Below the pieces are notes generated by a model. That model ran no database searches, was not told the origin of the DNA, and saw only the letters and a program-made list of their open reading frames with translations. A DNA stretch of 55,836 nt from a virus (Duplodnaviria; Caudoviricetes), in the IMG/VR virus record IMGVR_UViG_3300014962_000009, positions 1 through 55,836 of that record, one strand, 5' to 3'. Position numbers and translations under genes: made by a program. The first letter of the stretch is position 1. Each line of letters starts with the position of its first letter. This document shows, piece by piece, positions 46,011 to 55,636 of the stretch.

Positions 46011-46592
46011 ACCAATGACCCGTGAGGAAGTAAAGAAGTGGGCAAAAGAATTTGTTGAAGAATTCAATGCCAGACAAGAAGAGATTGCTGGGTGTGACTG
46101 CGACAGCCCTACATGGTGTCAGCAGTACGGCAAATGTCACCGCGTATCTTGTGGGTTTGCACCCGCAAAGAAAGAATGGCAAGGGCTGACGGAGAATGAA
46201 ATCAAACACCTTTGGTACGAAGCGTGTCAGACAAATCTTGAATTAACTTCACAACTTATTGTGCATTTGGCTAGAAACATCGAAGCCAAGCTGAAGGAGA
46301 AGAACACATGAATTACGAAACGCAAATTGCGTTACTAACGGAGATGCTAAAAACACAGCAGAAGTTGCACGAGACTGCGGTGGATATGCTTAAACCAGCC
46401 GTCGATGCCGCGTATAAAAAAGGTTATGCAGATGCAATGGGGTGGAAGACGCAGAACCACCTTGAACATTTGCCTACACGAGAATGGCAAGGGCTGACGG
46501 ATGAGGAAATCATGGATGCGTGTTCGGCTGTATGGGCATCGCACCCTATTGAGGTTGGTCGTGTTGTCGAAGCCAAACTGAAAGAAAAGAAT
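45870..46592 (+). repeat. Three copies of paired DNA boxes
   Basis: GAATGGCAAGGGCTGACGGA at 45870, 46174 and 46482; TCGAAGCCAA(G/A)CTGAA(G/A)GA(G/A)AAGAA at about 45976, 46280 and 46567. Confidence 0.85.
46003..46311 (+). CDS. Modular protein 2 (WQGLT...IEAKLKEKN)
   Basis: Shared C-terminal boxes. Confidence 0.7.
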   Translation: MAKPMTREEVKKWAKEFVEEFNARQEEIAGCDCDSPTWCQQYGKCHRVSCGFAPAKKEWQGLTENEIKHLWYEACQTNLELTSQLIVHLARNIEAKLKEKNT

Positions 46593-46598
46593 GCCTAA
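46308..46598 (+). CDS. Modular protein 3 (WQGLT...EAKLKEKN)
   Basis: Shared C-terminal boxes. Confidence 0.7.
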   Translation: MNYETQIALLTEMLKTQQKLHETAVDMLKPAVDAAYKKGYADAMGWKTQNHLEHLPTREWQGLTDEEIMDACSAVWASHPIEVGRVVEAKLKEKNA

Positions 46599-46830
46599 GC
46601 TGCCCAAGGTTGATCCACACTGGCAAGCGGTTATTGATGCGTACCGTGAAGGTGTAATGCGTGTCATCAACAGCATCAATAAGGGTGAAGTCAAGGAGAC
46701 GGACTTGGAGAAGCTACATAACTTTGCGCAGTTCTCGCTGGCCCTGATGCAGATCAGCGGGCCAGAAAAATGGGCACGGGCAAAGATGAACGCTGAGATG
46801 ATGATGTATATGAAAGCAAAGAATGACTGA
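46591..46830 (+). CDS. Hypothetical protein
   Basis: 79 aa coupled ORF. Confidence 0.55.
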   Translation: MPKLPKVDPHWQAVIDAYREGVMRVINSINKGEVKETDLEKLHNFAQFSLALMQISGPEKWARAKMNAEMMMYMKAKND

Positions 46831-47173
46831 GTTTCCGCAAGCCACCACTGACCAGCTTTATTTTAGAGATCCTGCAATTGAGCCACCCCCTCGGGCTACC
46901 AGCATGTTGTTGTTAAATCCCGGCGGGGTATGCATCATAGGGGTTTGGGATGATAGTTGCATTGGCTGGTGCCCAAAACCAAAGATACCTAAAACATTAA
47001 AAAGAAAAATGACTACTGCAGAATACCAACAGATGATGCTTGAGCGTCAAGAAATGCTAGAACAAGCGTTTGATAACGCATACAAAGGTTTTGCCACCGA
47101 AGAAGACTGGGCGATTCTTCGATCTGAATGTGGTTTACCCGCCCTGAAGCGAAAGGAAGAATCATGTCTTTAA
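46823..47173 (+). CDS. Hypothetical protein
   Basis: PPP...MLLLNPGGVC.IG.W......W.P.PK.P. Confidence 0.6.
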   Translation: MTEFPQATTDQLYFRDPAIEPPPRATSMLLLNPGGVCIIGVWDDSCIGWCPKPKIPKTLKRKMTTAEYQQMMLERQEMLEQAFDNAYKGFATEEDWAILRSECGLPALKRKEESCL

Positions 47174-47796
47174 TAGCGAAAGCAGAGTCCAATAACTCTT
47201 CATTTACCCCCGTGCCAACAGGTATGCATCTGGCCCGGTGCTTCCGTATTGTCGATCTCGGCACACAGAAGTCCACCTACAAGGGCACTGATCAATATAA
47301 GCGGAAGATACTAATCCAGTTTGAGATCCACTCAGAAGACGCACAAGGCAGCCCCTTGCTGACCGATAAGGGTGAGCCTTTGTCTATATCAAAGCGCTAT
47401 ACCTTGTCTCTCAATGAGAACGCTACCCTATCTCATGATCTGGAGTCGTGGCGTGGATCTGCATTTACTGCAGACGAGCGCAAAGGATTCAACCTTGAGA
47501 AGCTCTTGGGCGTCTGGGCCATGCTGAACGTCACAAAGAGTCTTGGTAACGATGACAAGGAATACACCAATATCGAGACTATTAACCCAGTCCCAGCACA
47601 GATCAAGAAAGCTGGCCTTCCAGCTCCTCACAATGATACTTTGATCTATAGCATTGATAGCAGCGGTGAAGATGTTTTCAATAAGCTATCGGAAGGTGTA
47701 CGCAAAACCATTTCCAATAGCCCTGAGTTTCAAGCAAAGAGCAAACAAGCGCCATATGACGATGGATTTGGCGATAACCCCAACGAACCATTCTAA
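47164..47796 (+). CDS. Phage ssDNA-binding / NGO0469-like replication protein
   Basis: P.G.H.ARC..I.DLGTQ...FE...SK.YTLSL.E.A.L...LE.WRG..F; acidic tail ending in PF. Confidence 0.7.
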   Translation: MSLIAKAESNNSSFTPVPTGMHLARCFRIVDLGTQKSTYKGTDQYKRKILIQFEIHSEDAQGSPLLTDKGEPLSISKRYTLSLNENATLSHDLESWRGSAFTADERKGFNLEKLLGVWAMLNVTKSLGNDDKEYTNIETINPVPAQIKKAGLPAPHNDTLIYSIDSSGEDVFNKLSEGVRKTISNSPEFQAKSKQAPYDDGFGDNPNEPF

Positions 47797-47806
47797 GGAG
47801 AAATAA

Positions 47807-48043
47807 ATGTACCTAACGCATCCGCTACTCGATTTCATTAAAAAAGAATACAAGCTGAAAAATGACGCCGCCCTAGCGAAGGCGTTAGGTATCAAGCCTC
47901 CGACTATAAGCAAGCTCCGGGCAAATAGGCAGTCCATGAGCGCGGAGATCAAGATCATCATTCACAAAAAGACAGGCATGTCGATTGAAGACATTGAGTC
48001 GTTTTTGGGAGAAGGCAATGATTCAGAAAGAGATCCGGTTTGA
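47807..48043 (+). CDS. XRE-family HTH protein
   Basis: LKND..LA..L...PP.ISK.R. Confidence 0.75.
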   Translation: MYLTHPLLDFIKKEYKLKNDAALAKALGIKPPTISKLRANRQSMSAEIKIIIHKKTGMSIEDIESFLGEGNDSERDPV

Positions 48044-48311
48044 TGGGGCGGACTATTGCCCAGACAGAGACAATCTCAGACTCAAAGGCCAGTTGCTCAG
48101 GGTTTGGGATGTCATGAAGGATGGAAAGTGGCGAACCCTGCGGCAGATTGCAGATACCACCAAAGACCCCGAGGCCAGCATTAGTGCGCAATTACGGCAC
48201 CTCAGAAAAGAAAGATTCGGGGCCCATCAAATTGAGCGCGAATATACAGACAACGGTATATACCAGTACCGGCTAGTCATTAACGAAGAGAAAGGTTTCC
48301 ATGTTAGCTAG
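48018..48311 (+). CDS. Winged-HTH DNA-binding protein
   Basis: Q..RV...M.DG.WRTL..I......PEASISA.LR.LRK..FG. Confidence 0.7.
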   Translation: MIQKEIRFDGADYCPDRDNLRLKGQLLRVWDVMKDGKWRTLRQIADTTKDPEASISAQLRHLRKERFGAHQIEREYTDNGIYQYRLVINEEKGFHVS

Positions 48312-49068
48312 AGACTCAAGAGCTGCGGAGAGCTCGCACTGGTATACGAGGGATGGCGTTCCTACGTATACCGTGCCATCAAAGAAAGACGGCTCCCCAA
48401 GAAATACAACGCTTAGGGATGCCAGAGAGCTCGATCTAATCCCCAGCGTCACCACTATCCTGAATGTGGCCGCTAAGCCGGGGCTGACTGCTTGGCTGCA
48501 GGAGCAGGCTATTCTGGCTGCTCTGACCCTCCCACGGGACGAGGATGAGCCGGAGTCAGTCTGGCTCAAGCGGGTGGTACAGGATTCTAAACAGCAGGCT
48601 AAGGACGCCGCAGATAAGGGTACGGAGATCCATGAGGCCATCCAAAGCTATTACGAGGGCAAGAAGGAGTCCAGATACCCATTCCATGTCTCGGCCTGCG
48701 TTAACCTCATTAAAGGCCGCTACGGCGATTTAAAGTGGGTTGCTGAGCAATCCTTCGGCCATGAGCTAGGTTTTGGCGGCAAGTGCGATCTGCACACTAC
48801 GGATGCCGGGGGAATTGTCATTGACGTAAAAACCAAGGAATTTACAGACGCCTCTAAGCCCCTTTGGTATGACGAACACCTGCTCCAGCTTGCTGCCTAC
48901 CGGGTAGGTCTTGGGATGCCTGCAGCCCGCTGCGCCAACGTCTTTGTGTCACGCTCTGACCCTGAGCTTGCTGTAATCAAAGAATGGGACGAAGAAGATC
49001 TTCAAAGAGGGTGGGAGATGTTCGTCTGCCTCCTGAAATATTTCCAAATTAAAAACCAACACGAGTAA
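48301..49068 (+). CDS. PD-(D/E)xK exonuclease
   Basis: PSVTTIL, GT.IH, GFGGKCDL...IDVKT...QL.AY. Confidence 0.85.
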   Translation: MLARDSRAAESSHWYTRDGVPTYTVPSKKDGSPRNTTLRDARELDLIPSVTTILNVAAKPGLTAWLQEQAILAALTLPRDEDEPESVWLKRVVQDSKQQAKDAADKGTEIHEAIQSYYEGKKESRYPFHVSACVNLIKGRYGDLKWVAEQSFGHELGFGGKCDLHTTDAGGIVIDVKTKEFTDASKPLWYDEHLLQLAAYRVGLGMPAARCANVFVSRSDPELAVIKEWDEEDLQRGWEMFVCLLKYFQIKNQHE

Positions 49069-49072
49069 ACCT

Positions 49073-49324
49073 ATGAGTAAAGAACTACGCGAAGAGGCGC
49101 AGAAATTCGTCAACGAAGATCTGATCAAGCAAGTCTATTTCCAATGTAATAACCAACTCAAAGACGGGATCTTCCCGGATGAGATCGAGCTAATTGAGTT
49201 CTCAGAAAAGCTCATTCTGGTGGTGGGGGCGGATATTGCCAGAGCAGAACGTAGAGAGATTCTGAAGATTCTGGATGCCGTTAATCCAGAAGTCGCCAAC
49301 CTAATCAGAGAACGAAGAGGATAA
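49073..49324 (+). CDS. Hypothetical protein
   Basis: 83 aa, last gene of the plus-strand block. Confidence 0.55.
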   Translation: MSKELREEAQKFVNEDLIKQVYFQCNNQLKDGIFPDEIELIEFSEKLILVVGADIARAERREILKILDAVNPEVANLIRERRG

Positions 49325-49404
49325 AAAAACCCCGAGCAAGGAGGGGGACTCGGGGGCCATCCACACAGGGACGAAAGCCACCCGCCGTTGCAAAACGGGT
49401 GGCA
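49323..49404 (-). terminator. Convergent terminator region (two hairpins)
   Basis: CCCCGAG...CTCGGGG followed by T7 on the minus strand; second hairpin GCCACCCG...CGGGTGGC. Confidence 0.6.
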
Positions 49405-49412
49405 CTACAGAC

Positions 49413-50792
49413 TTACCTTTCGGAGGATGGCATAAGTTCCCCCGGCCTAATTTGCTGAACCCTCTCCATAATGCTCGGGGCACCCGGCAACATCATCTTG
49501 GGAACAATCATTCCCAAACCGCCAATCGTTCCAAGTCCCTTGACTGTAGCCATGGGGAGATTGACAGGCGGAACCGCAGCCATGGTATTGAGAGCGCCAG
49601 AGACAAAGTGAACCGCAGCTCCCAGAGGATCCTTATTGCTCATGCGGTCAAAGGCTTCACTAACGTCATAAGCCGCACCAGCACCTGACAAGACGTTCCC
49701 AACCATCGGCAGGAATCCCTTCCCGCCCATAGCAGCCCCAACACGAGGCAAAATACCTAGATTGGCTTGCTGGGGAATAGTTACGCCACCCTTGAGCCTG
49801 CTTTGAGCCAGCCCCTGCATCCTACGTAATTCATCCAGCCGCCTCGTGTAATTAGAGACATCTTTTCCCATCGACTGCAGTTTGGCTATTTCGGCCTGCG
49901 TAGCGGCGATTTGAGGGTTAAGAATCTTTAGGGCATCTTGGGCTACCTGACGCTGCTGGGCAGCCGCTGCAGCCTCCTGAGCTGCAGCCTGAGTATTGAC
50001 TTGACCGGCAACATCCGGCGGCAACATCAACTGTCCTCGGCCCTGACCAGCAAGTTGGTACTGGCCTGCGCCTAACTGCTTAATCTTTTCCAAACGAGCC
50101 AAGTCTTCATTGATCAACGCCTGACCGCCAGTTGGGCTGGCTTTGGTCATATCGGTAGCTCTGGCAAGCACACCCTCAGGTAGTTGATGGCCCTCACCAG
50201 CCATTGCCCGCATCCAGTTAGAGGCACCAGAAGCACCCTCTACTTTAGGGCCAGAGGCACGACCAGCCTGCAATACGTCTTCAATCGGAGAGGAAATACC
50301 CGTGCCAATCGGAGGCTCCGGCGGCAATGCACTACGAAACTGCGCAGCCTGCTTCTCTAGATTAGCTAACGACGCCTCTTTCCCCGCCATCTGCTGACCA
50401 GTCAGATTACGAGCCATGTCAATTACCGTGGCCTCATCTTTGACCTTGGTTATATCAATACCGGCATTCAACAATGTATTCTTGATTGCCCGCAAATAAA
50501 TCTCTTTTTGCAGACTGCTTTTAGATAAAAGGTATTTTTCAAGAAGACCTTTAATGCCGCCAGCAGCACCGCCAACCATTGCATAATCAGCAGAACGATT
50601 ACTCGTTCTTTCTTCACCGGGGGCCGCAGCGGCTTCATTAACAGCGGGCTCAGAAGCAATTATTTCAGCTTCTGTTCTCTCTTCAGAAGGAAACACGCCA
50701 GCATCTTGAGCAGACCCTTGTTTAGAAACCGCCCATTCATCTTCTGACAAAGGTTTTGTTTCTACGACATCCCATTCATTTGTATCGGCCAT
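49413..50792 (-). CDS. Putative ejection (internal virion) protein
   Basis: 459 aa, Ala/Gly-rich with a hydrophobic C-terminus; end of the ejection cluster. Confidence 0.55.
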   Translation of the reverse strand: MADTNEWDVVETKPLSEDEWAVSKQGSAQDAGVFPSEERTEAEIIASEPAVNEAAAAPGEERTSNRSADYAMVGGAAGGIKGLLEKYLLSKSSLQKEIYLRAIKNTLLNAGIDITKVKDEATVIDMARNLTGQQMAGKEASLANLEKQAAQFRSALPPEPPIGTGISSPIEDVLQAGRASGPKVEGASGASNWMRAMAGEGHQLPEGVLARATDMTKASPTGGQALINEDLARLEKIKQLGAGQYQLAGQGRGQLMLPPDVAGQVNTQAAAQEAAAAAQQRQVAQDALKILNPQIAATQAEIAKLQSMGKDVSNYTRRLDELRRMQGLAQSRLKGGVTIPQQANLGILPRVGAAMGGKGFLPMVGNVLSGAGAAYDVSEAFDRMSNKDPLGAAVHFVSGALNTMAAVPPVNLPMATVKGLGTIGGLGMIVPKMMLPGAPSIMERVQQIRPGELMPSSER

Positions 50793-50800
50793 AATCTCAC

Positions 50801-53155
50801 CTATTTAACCCGTACAGGCTTACCTTTTTGGAGCGTCCACACCTGACCATTTTTGAAAGTGGTTACCTGACCTTGTTTCAATTGTTTAACGGCCTGCGGT
50901 GGTAATGTCGTTTGTGGTACAGGAGCAGATGGCGATTTACGGCCACTCAAGAGTTGAGCATTGTTTTCCCGAATACGATCAAGCCTGTCTTCATAAGACT
51001 TGCGAATAGACTTGTATTCTTCGCTATGCGTAAAGTCTTCGTAAGAGCCACCCGTTTTTTTCTTGTACTGATAGAAAGCATCACCCAGTTTTTCAGTGAC
51101 GTTTGCACGTTGCTCAATCAGTTCAGCCTTGAGGCGAATTCCCAATGCGCTATCAGATGGCAACAGGTTAACCTGCTGGAATAGCCCAGTTTCTTTATCG
51201 CTGATTGTGCCCTCACCGCGAGACATACGACGTTCAAGAACCGTAAGTTGGGCAAGATTACGCAAGAATAGGCCGTAAGCATCCCTATCTTTTTTCGTAA
51301 TATTTTTCTTGCCTGCGGCGAAATTATCAACAGCAATATACAAGTCTTTGGGATCAACGCTGACACTACCCCACGGGGTTTGCAGACCATTTTGAACCGT
51401 TCTAGACAATGCATCAGCAACGCCTGTGTCTTGCATAACGTCAAATATCTTCGGATTACTTGAGGCAATTGATCTCAGATCTTTGGCAATGATTCTCAAA
51501 TTAGGCGCATCATTACCGGCCTTCATCATCTGATTGCCAAACTCAACGTCAGCCTTGGTTTCCTCTTTGGCCCGCTCTCTCGGAGCCACTTGCCCTGTCT
51601 CTATTTTTGCTTCTTCCTGTTTCTTGCGTAGTTCTCTCTGAAGCTCTTCTTCTTTTCTCTGACGTTCAAGCTCTTCTGCGCTCTGTATTCTTGCGGGAGG
51701 AGCATTTACGTACGGCTGTGGAGGCGTTACCTCTTTCCTCGCTGCAGGTGCAGGTGCGGGAACAGGCACGGGAACAGGTGCTGGCTGTTTTTTAATAGCC
51801 GGAACAGGAACAGGAGCAGGGGCAGCCCTACGCTCAGGAGTTGGCGCAGGCACAGGCTCAAAAACTGGCTCAGTAACTGGTGCAGCTTCAGGAGCAACTG
51901 GTTCCGCTTTTGGAGGTGCAGTAAGCTCAGGACTGTTAAATTGCGTGCCAATTTTGGATCCGCGAATAACAGTGCCTTGGAATGGACTACCATTAAACCA
52001 GTGCTGCAAAGCATCAGCGCCTTTTGCTTTTGCGGCTTTATACTCGTTGTATTCAATAGGCGTCAAATCGTAAGTGCCAGCACCATACTCAGGAATTTGT
52101 ACTTTAATTGGTTGCTGAGTAAATTTGGCCTCGTTCCTCTTGCTTCTTTCTTCAATTTCACTAGGCGTCATAAAACGAACTGCGCCATCTTTATCAACAG
52201 TTGTGTTGATAGGAAGATTATTTTGCTTGTAAAGATCAAGTAGTTGATTAAAATCGCCAGATTTTGTAATCGAATTAACTTCGTTCCAAAAGCTTACTGG
52301 CATCTTCACATTGCCAATACCCGGCAAAGTACGCTCAACGCTTTCTTCCTCAAGCTTAATCTTGCGCTCTCTAAATCCAGACTCTTTTTCTTCGCGGATA
52401 TCTTTGCGACGAGCAAATTCAAGCTCCTGCAATTTCCTATTCAGATCAACCTCTGAAATTTGAAGCTGACGATTCTCGCGGAAAGCCTTGCGGTAATCTT
52501 CAAGAATTTTGCCCATGGATGGATTGAATGCTTTAAGCATAGCAATCTGCTCATCAGTCATACGAGCAATCTTGTTTGCAGGGACAGCAGGAAGCGCCAA
52601 CTCAGGCATGTTCAATGTCCTAGCTGCTTGTACAATTTGTGCTTGAGTAGACTCTGCTGGAGCCGGAGCTTCTGCAGGTGCCGCCTCTCCAGCCTCACCC
52701 CTTGATGGCACTGGAGCAGTAGGCGGCAATTCAGCTTTCGCAACCTGCGGAGCCGGAGCGGCTTGAGGCTCTTCAGCACCGAACATATTGGCCATTAATT
52801 GCTGACCCATCAATTCACGCTTCTGCTGTTGTGCCCCAACTTCTAGTTCATAACCAAGCTTTGCTTCTTCTTGCTCTCGGCGGAATTGCTTTTCTGCCTC
52901 ACCAGCATAACCAGATAAACCATAACCAAGAGACTCACCAAAACCACCCGTTTTGGTAGGCGCAAGCATCCCCGCAGCAAAAGCCAATCCTGCCGGATCA
53001 AATGGCATTTGTTGACGAGAGGACATCAGACTCATTAGTCTTTTACGATGCTCGTCCAAAATACGCTGACTTTCGCTTGTTTGCTGCTGTAGCTTCTGCG
53101 CAAAAGTTAGCGTTGGATCAACGGATGACAATCCACCCTTTTCAGTATCTGCCAT
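50801..53155 (-). CDS. Putative ejection protein
   Basis: 784 aa, GMLAPTKTGGFGESLG motif, coiled coils and Pro-rich linkers. Confidence 0.6.
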   Translation of the reverse strand: MADTEKGGLSSVDPTLTFAQKLQQQTSESQRILDEHRKRLMSLMSSRQQMPFDPAGLAFAAGMLAPTKTGGFGESLGYGLSGYAGEAEKQFRREQEEAKLGYELEVGAQQQKRELMGQQLMANMFGAEEPQAAPAPQVAKAELPPTAPVPSRGEAGEAAPAEAPAPAESTQAQIVQAARTLNMPELALPAVPANKIARMTDEQIAMLKAFNPSMGKILEDYRKAFRENRQLQISEVDLNRKLQELEFARRKDIREEKESGFRERKIKLEEESVERTLPGIGNVKMPVSFWNEVNSITKSGDFNQLLDLYKQNNLPINTTVDKDGAVRFMTPSEIEERSKRNEAKFTQQPIKVQIPEYGAGTYDLTPIEYNEYKAAKAKGADALQHWFNGSPFQGTVIRGSKIGTQFNSPELTAPPKAEPVAPEAAPVTEPVFEPVPAPTPERRAAPAPVPVPAIKKQPAPVPVPVPAPAPAARKEVTPPQPYVNAPPARIQSAEELERQRKEEELQRELRKKQEEAKIETGQVAPRERAKEETKADVEFGNQMMKAGNDAPNLRIIAKDLRSIASSNPKIFDVMQDTGVADALSRTVQNGLQTPWGSVSVDPKDLYIAVDNFAAGKKNITKKDRDAYGLFLRNLAQLTVLERRMSRGEGTISDKETGLFQQVNLLPSDSALGIRLKAELIEQRANVTEKLGDAFYQYKKKTGGSYEDFTHSEEYKSIRKSYEDRLDRIRENNAQLLSGRKSPSAPVPQTTLPPQAVKQLKQGQVTTFKNGQVWTLQKGKPVRVK

Positions 53156-53167
53156 GATTAATCTCTC

Positions 53168-54031
53168 TTACGGAGCAACAGCCGGAGGTGTCGAAGATGT
53201 GGTGGTCGTTGTGGTCGGCGGCTTATAGCTGTTCAAAGCAGCCAGCAGTCCAGTAATCTGCGCCAGCGGGCTTGTGCTGTATCCAGTAGAACCAACAACT
53301 TGTTTTGTCTCGCCCATTGGCACTTGGTAGCCTTGCAGAAGCTTAGAGTAAGCCTGAGCTTGAGCCATTGGGTAATCCAGCATTTGTTGAGCCACTCCCC
53401 GCTCTTGAGCTCCGAGCGTACCCAAAGTACCCAAACCAGTCGTGGCAGCTTGACTCTGAAGTTGACCTAGTCCGCCTAAAGCTTGACCAGACTGAAGAGC
53501 CCGAGAAAGATCGGCCTGAGCCGCTGTCATGGCATTCTGGTAACCCTGAGAAAGCGCACCATATTGTTTACCCAGCAAATCAGACTGCAGGTCACGCAAA
53601 GTATTACCAGTCGCTTGATACTGGCGCTGAGATCCAAATTGACCCATGGCACCAGCCGCACCCTTCAATGAAGGCAAAATGCTTTCTTGAATCTGGCGGT
53701 TCTGCAGACGGGCCATCTCGTCCACCACGTTCTGGGTATACGGATTCATGTACTGGTTGACCATCTGAGGGGCTGTAGTGGCCCCAGCAGCTGTTGCCAG
53801 TTGCGCCCCTGTGTCCATGGTGCCCATACCAGAAAAAGCCGCTGTAGGTGCCATAGCAAGCGCCTGCTGCTGCAGCGGGGACATACCTGCCACACCACCC
53901 ATCTGCACACCAGCCTGACCTAAATTGGCAATATCTTGCAGGTAATTGGTATAGAACTCAGGCGCAGTCTGCTGGCCTTGGGTAATGGTGGTTAGCGCTG
54001 GTAGTGCTTCACCTTGGAAAAGATTAGCCAT
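53168..54031 (-). CDS. Putative DNA pilot/ejection protein
   Basis: Gln/Ala/Gly-rich; YMNPY..NVV and G.FGS.R motifs. Confidence 0.65.
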   Translation of the reverse strand: MANLFQGEALPALTTITQGQQTAPEFYTNYLQDIANLGQAGVQMGGVAGMSPLQQQALAMAPTAAFSGMGTMDTGAQLATAAGATTAPQMVNQYMNPYTQNVVDEMARLQNRQIQESILPSLKGAAGAMGQFGSQRQYQATGNTLRDLQSDLLGKQYGALSQGYQNAMTAAQADLSRALQSGQALGGLGQLQSQAATTGLGTLGTLGAQERGVAQQMLDYPMAQAQAYSKLLQGYQVPMGETKQVVGSTGYSTSPLAQITGLLAALNSYKPPTTTTTTSSTPPAVAP

Positions 54032-55634
54032 TTTTCTTGCTCCTCGATTGAGCTTGCTTCAGATACTGTAAAGGCGATTTAGATGCCGGTGGGATTTTAT
54101 TCACAGGCGCTGAACGCTTATGAGCGCGAATTTCTTCTCGGAACTTATCCAGCATGTCAGATCCGGCCTTTGAAGATCCATTGCCGAGTTGAGCTACTGT
54201 CTCTGCGTCAATGACGTACTCGCCATCAGCCAGCATGGCAGGGATATCATCAGACTGACCATCCCCCGGCCCCATAACTCGCGCACCAGCGCGATAATCA
54301 TGGCGGCCCTCAACAGTGGGCACATGCAAACCAATTTGGGGACGACCACCATGCGCCATACCATTACCTTGGGATGCGTTCATCATCTGCATGGGATCGA
54401 CAACAGTGCCGTAGGTGTAAAAGCTTGGTTCAGGGACTTGACCACCATCTGCCATCAATGGGGTTGCCATGCCTCCTTTTTTAAACCCAAAACTACCGTA
54501 GTCAGAATAGTCGCCATAAAAATTATCAAAATCACCAAAATAGTCGTTTTGATAATCATCATACCAACCAGAATAACCACCATAATTATCATCGCCGCCA
54601 GTTAAGTAACTGGGTGTATAAGTTGGCGTCCAATATGAACTAGATGATGATGTGTAATCTGGGCTACTTGGATTCATCCAACTAGGGGTATCTCCACCAA
54701 ATTGTTCTGGATCATAAATTCCAGCGGAACCTGCGCCAGTTGATGGGTTGTACACCAGCCTTGTAGACCCATCCGGGTTAACAGCATAGGTATTTCCATA
54801 CTGCTGATAATAAGTTTCGCCTTTCGATCCAAGAATTGGAATTTTATTGCCTCCCACATCAGTAGTCAGAACAGGCGATTTTTTTAATGGAGAAATTATT
54901 CCAGAAATTAAATCTCCAATATTTGACATAAGTCCACCAGAACCGCCAGAACCACCACTCACGGCTTTTTTTGCAAGATCATATAAATTTCCCGTAGCGC
55001 GAGCGCCAGCCTCTGACGACGCGCTAGTGGGCGAAAATAAATAACCCATAGCGCCGCCAAGCAATGCGCCCGTTAAAGGGCTAATAGGTTTATCAGAACG
55101 TGGAGTTATATTAATTGCTGGCATTATGTTGCGACCACTGCCCGCAGAGGAAAAAGTCATTGGGGCACCAGATGACATAGCAGGCTTCGCAGTGTATTGG
55201 CTGGTCGGCATCAAAGATCCAAGACCAGCCGGAGCGCCAAATGAACGCATCATCTCATCAGACATTGCAGGCACATCACGAGCGCCGTATTCTGAATAGG
55301 GAACAAACCTCGGCGCAGCAACTGTAGTCTGTCTACTCGGAATAGAGTATTGAGACATATCCAATGGTCTCGCAACACCCTGACCAGAAGAAGATTGCCG
55401 CAGAAGCTCAGAAAACAAAGCACCAAGTACAGCGCCTTTGCCTGTCCCTGTCCCCATAATGGCACCGGCGATGTCTGCCAATGACTTTCCAGTATCAGTA
55501 CCGGTAGTATCCGTATTGGTAGATACCGTTGACGGATCATTTAATGCCGAGTATTCCGTACCAACGCTCTCAACATCAGAGAGAGGGGCGTTTGATCCGA
55601 GAGTTGCATAATCTGTTACGCTTGGGTCTGGCAT
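54024..55634 (-). CDS. Internal virion protein with xxxGG motifs and a C-terminal GPGDG.SD.IPAML.DGEYV domain
   Basis: FKKGG, MADGG, MAHGG, then GPGDGQSDDIPAMLADGEYVIDAETV. Confidence 0.65.
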   Translation of the reverse strand: MPDPSVTDYATLGSNAPLSDVESVGTEYSALNDPSTVSTNTDTTGTDTGKSLADIAGAIMGTGTGKGAVLGALFSELLRQSSSGQGVARPLDMSQYSIPSRQTTVAAPRFVPYSEYGARDVPAMSDEMMRSFGAPAGLGSLMPTSQYTAKPAMSSGAPMTFSSAGSGRNIMPAINITPRSDKPISPLTGALLGGAMGYLFSPTSASSEAGARATGNLYDLAKKAVSGGSGGSGGLMSNIGDLISGIISPLKKSPVLTTDVGGNKIPILGSKGETYYQQYGNTYAVNPDGSTRLVYNPSTGAGSAGIYDPEQFGGDTPSWMNPSSPDYTSSSSSYWTPTYTPSYLTGGDDNYGGYSGWYDDYQNDYFGDFDNFYGDYSDYGSFGFKKGGMATPLMADGGQVPEPSFYTYGTVVDPMQMMNASQGNGMAHGGRPQIGLHVPTVEGRHDYRAGARVMGPGDGQSDDIPAMLADGEYVIDAETVAQLGNGSSKAGSDMLDKFREEIRAHKRSAPVNKIPPASKSPLQYLKQAQSRSKKNG

Positions 55635-55636
55635 GA

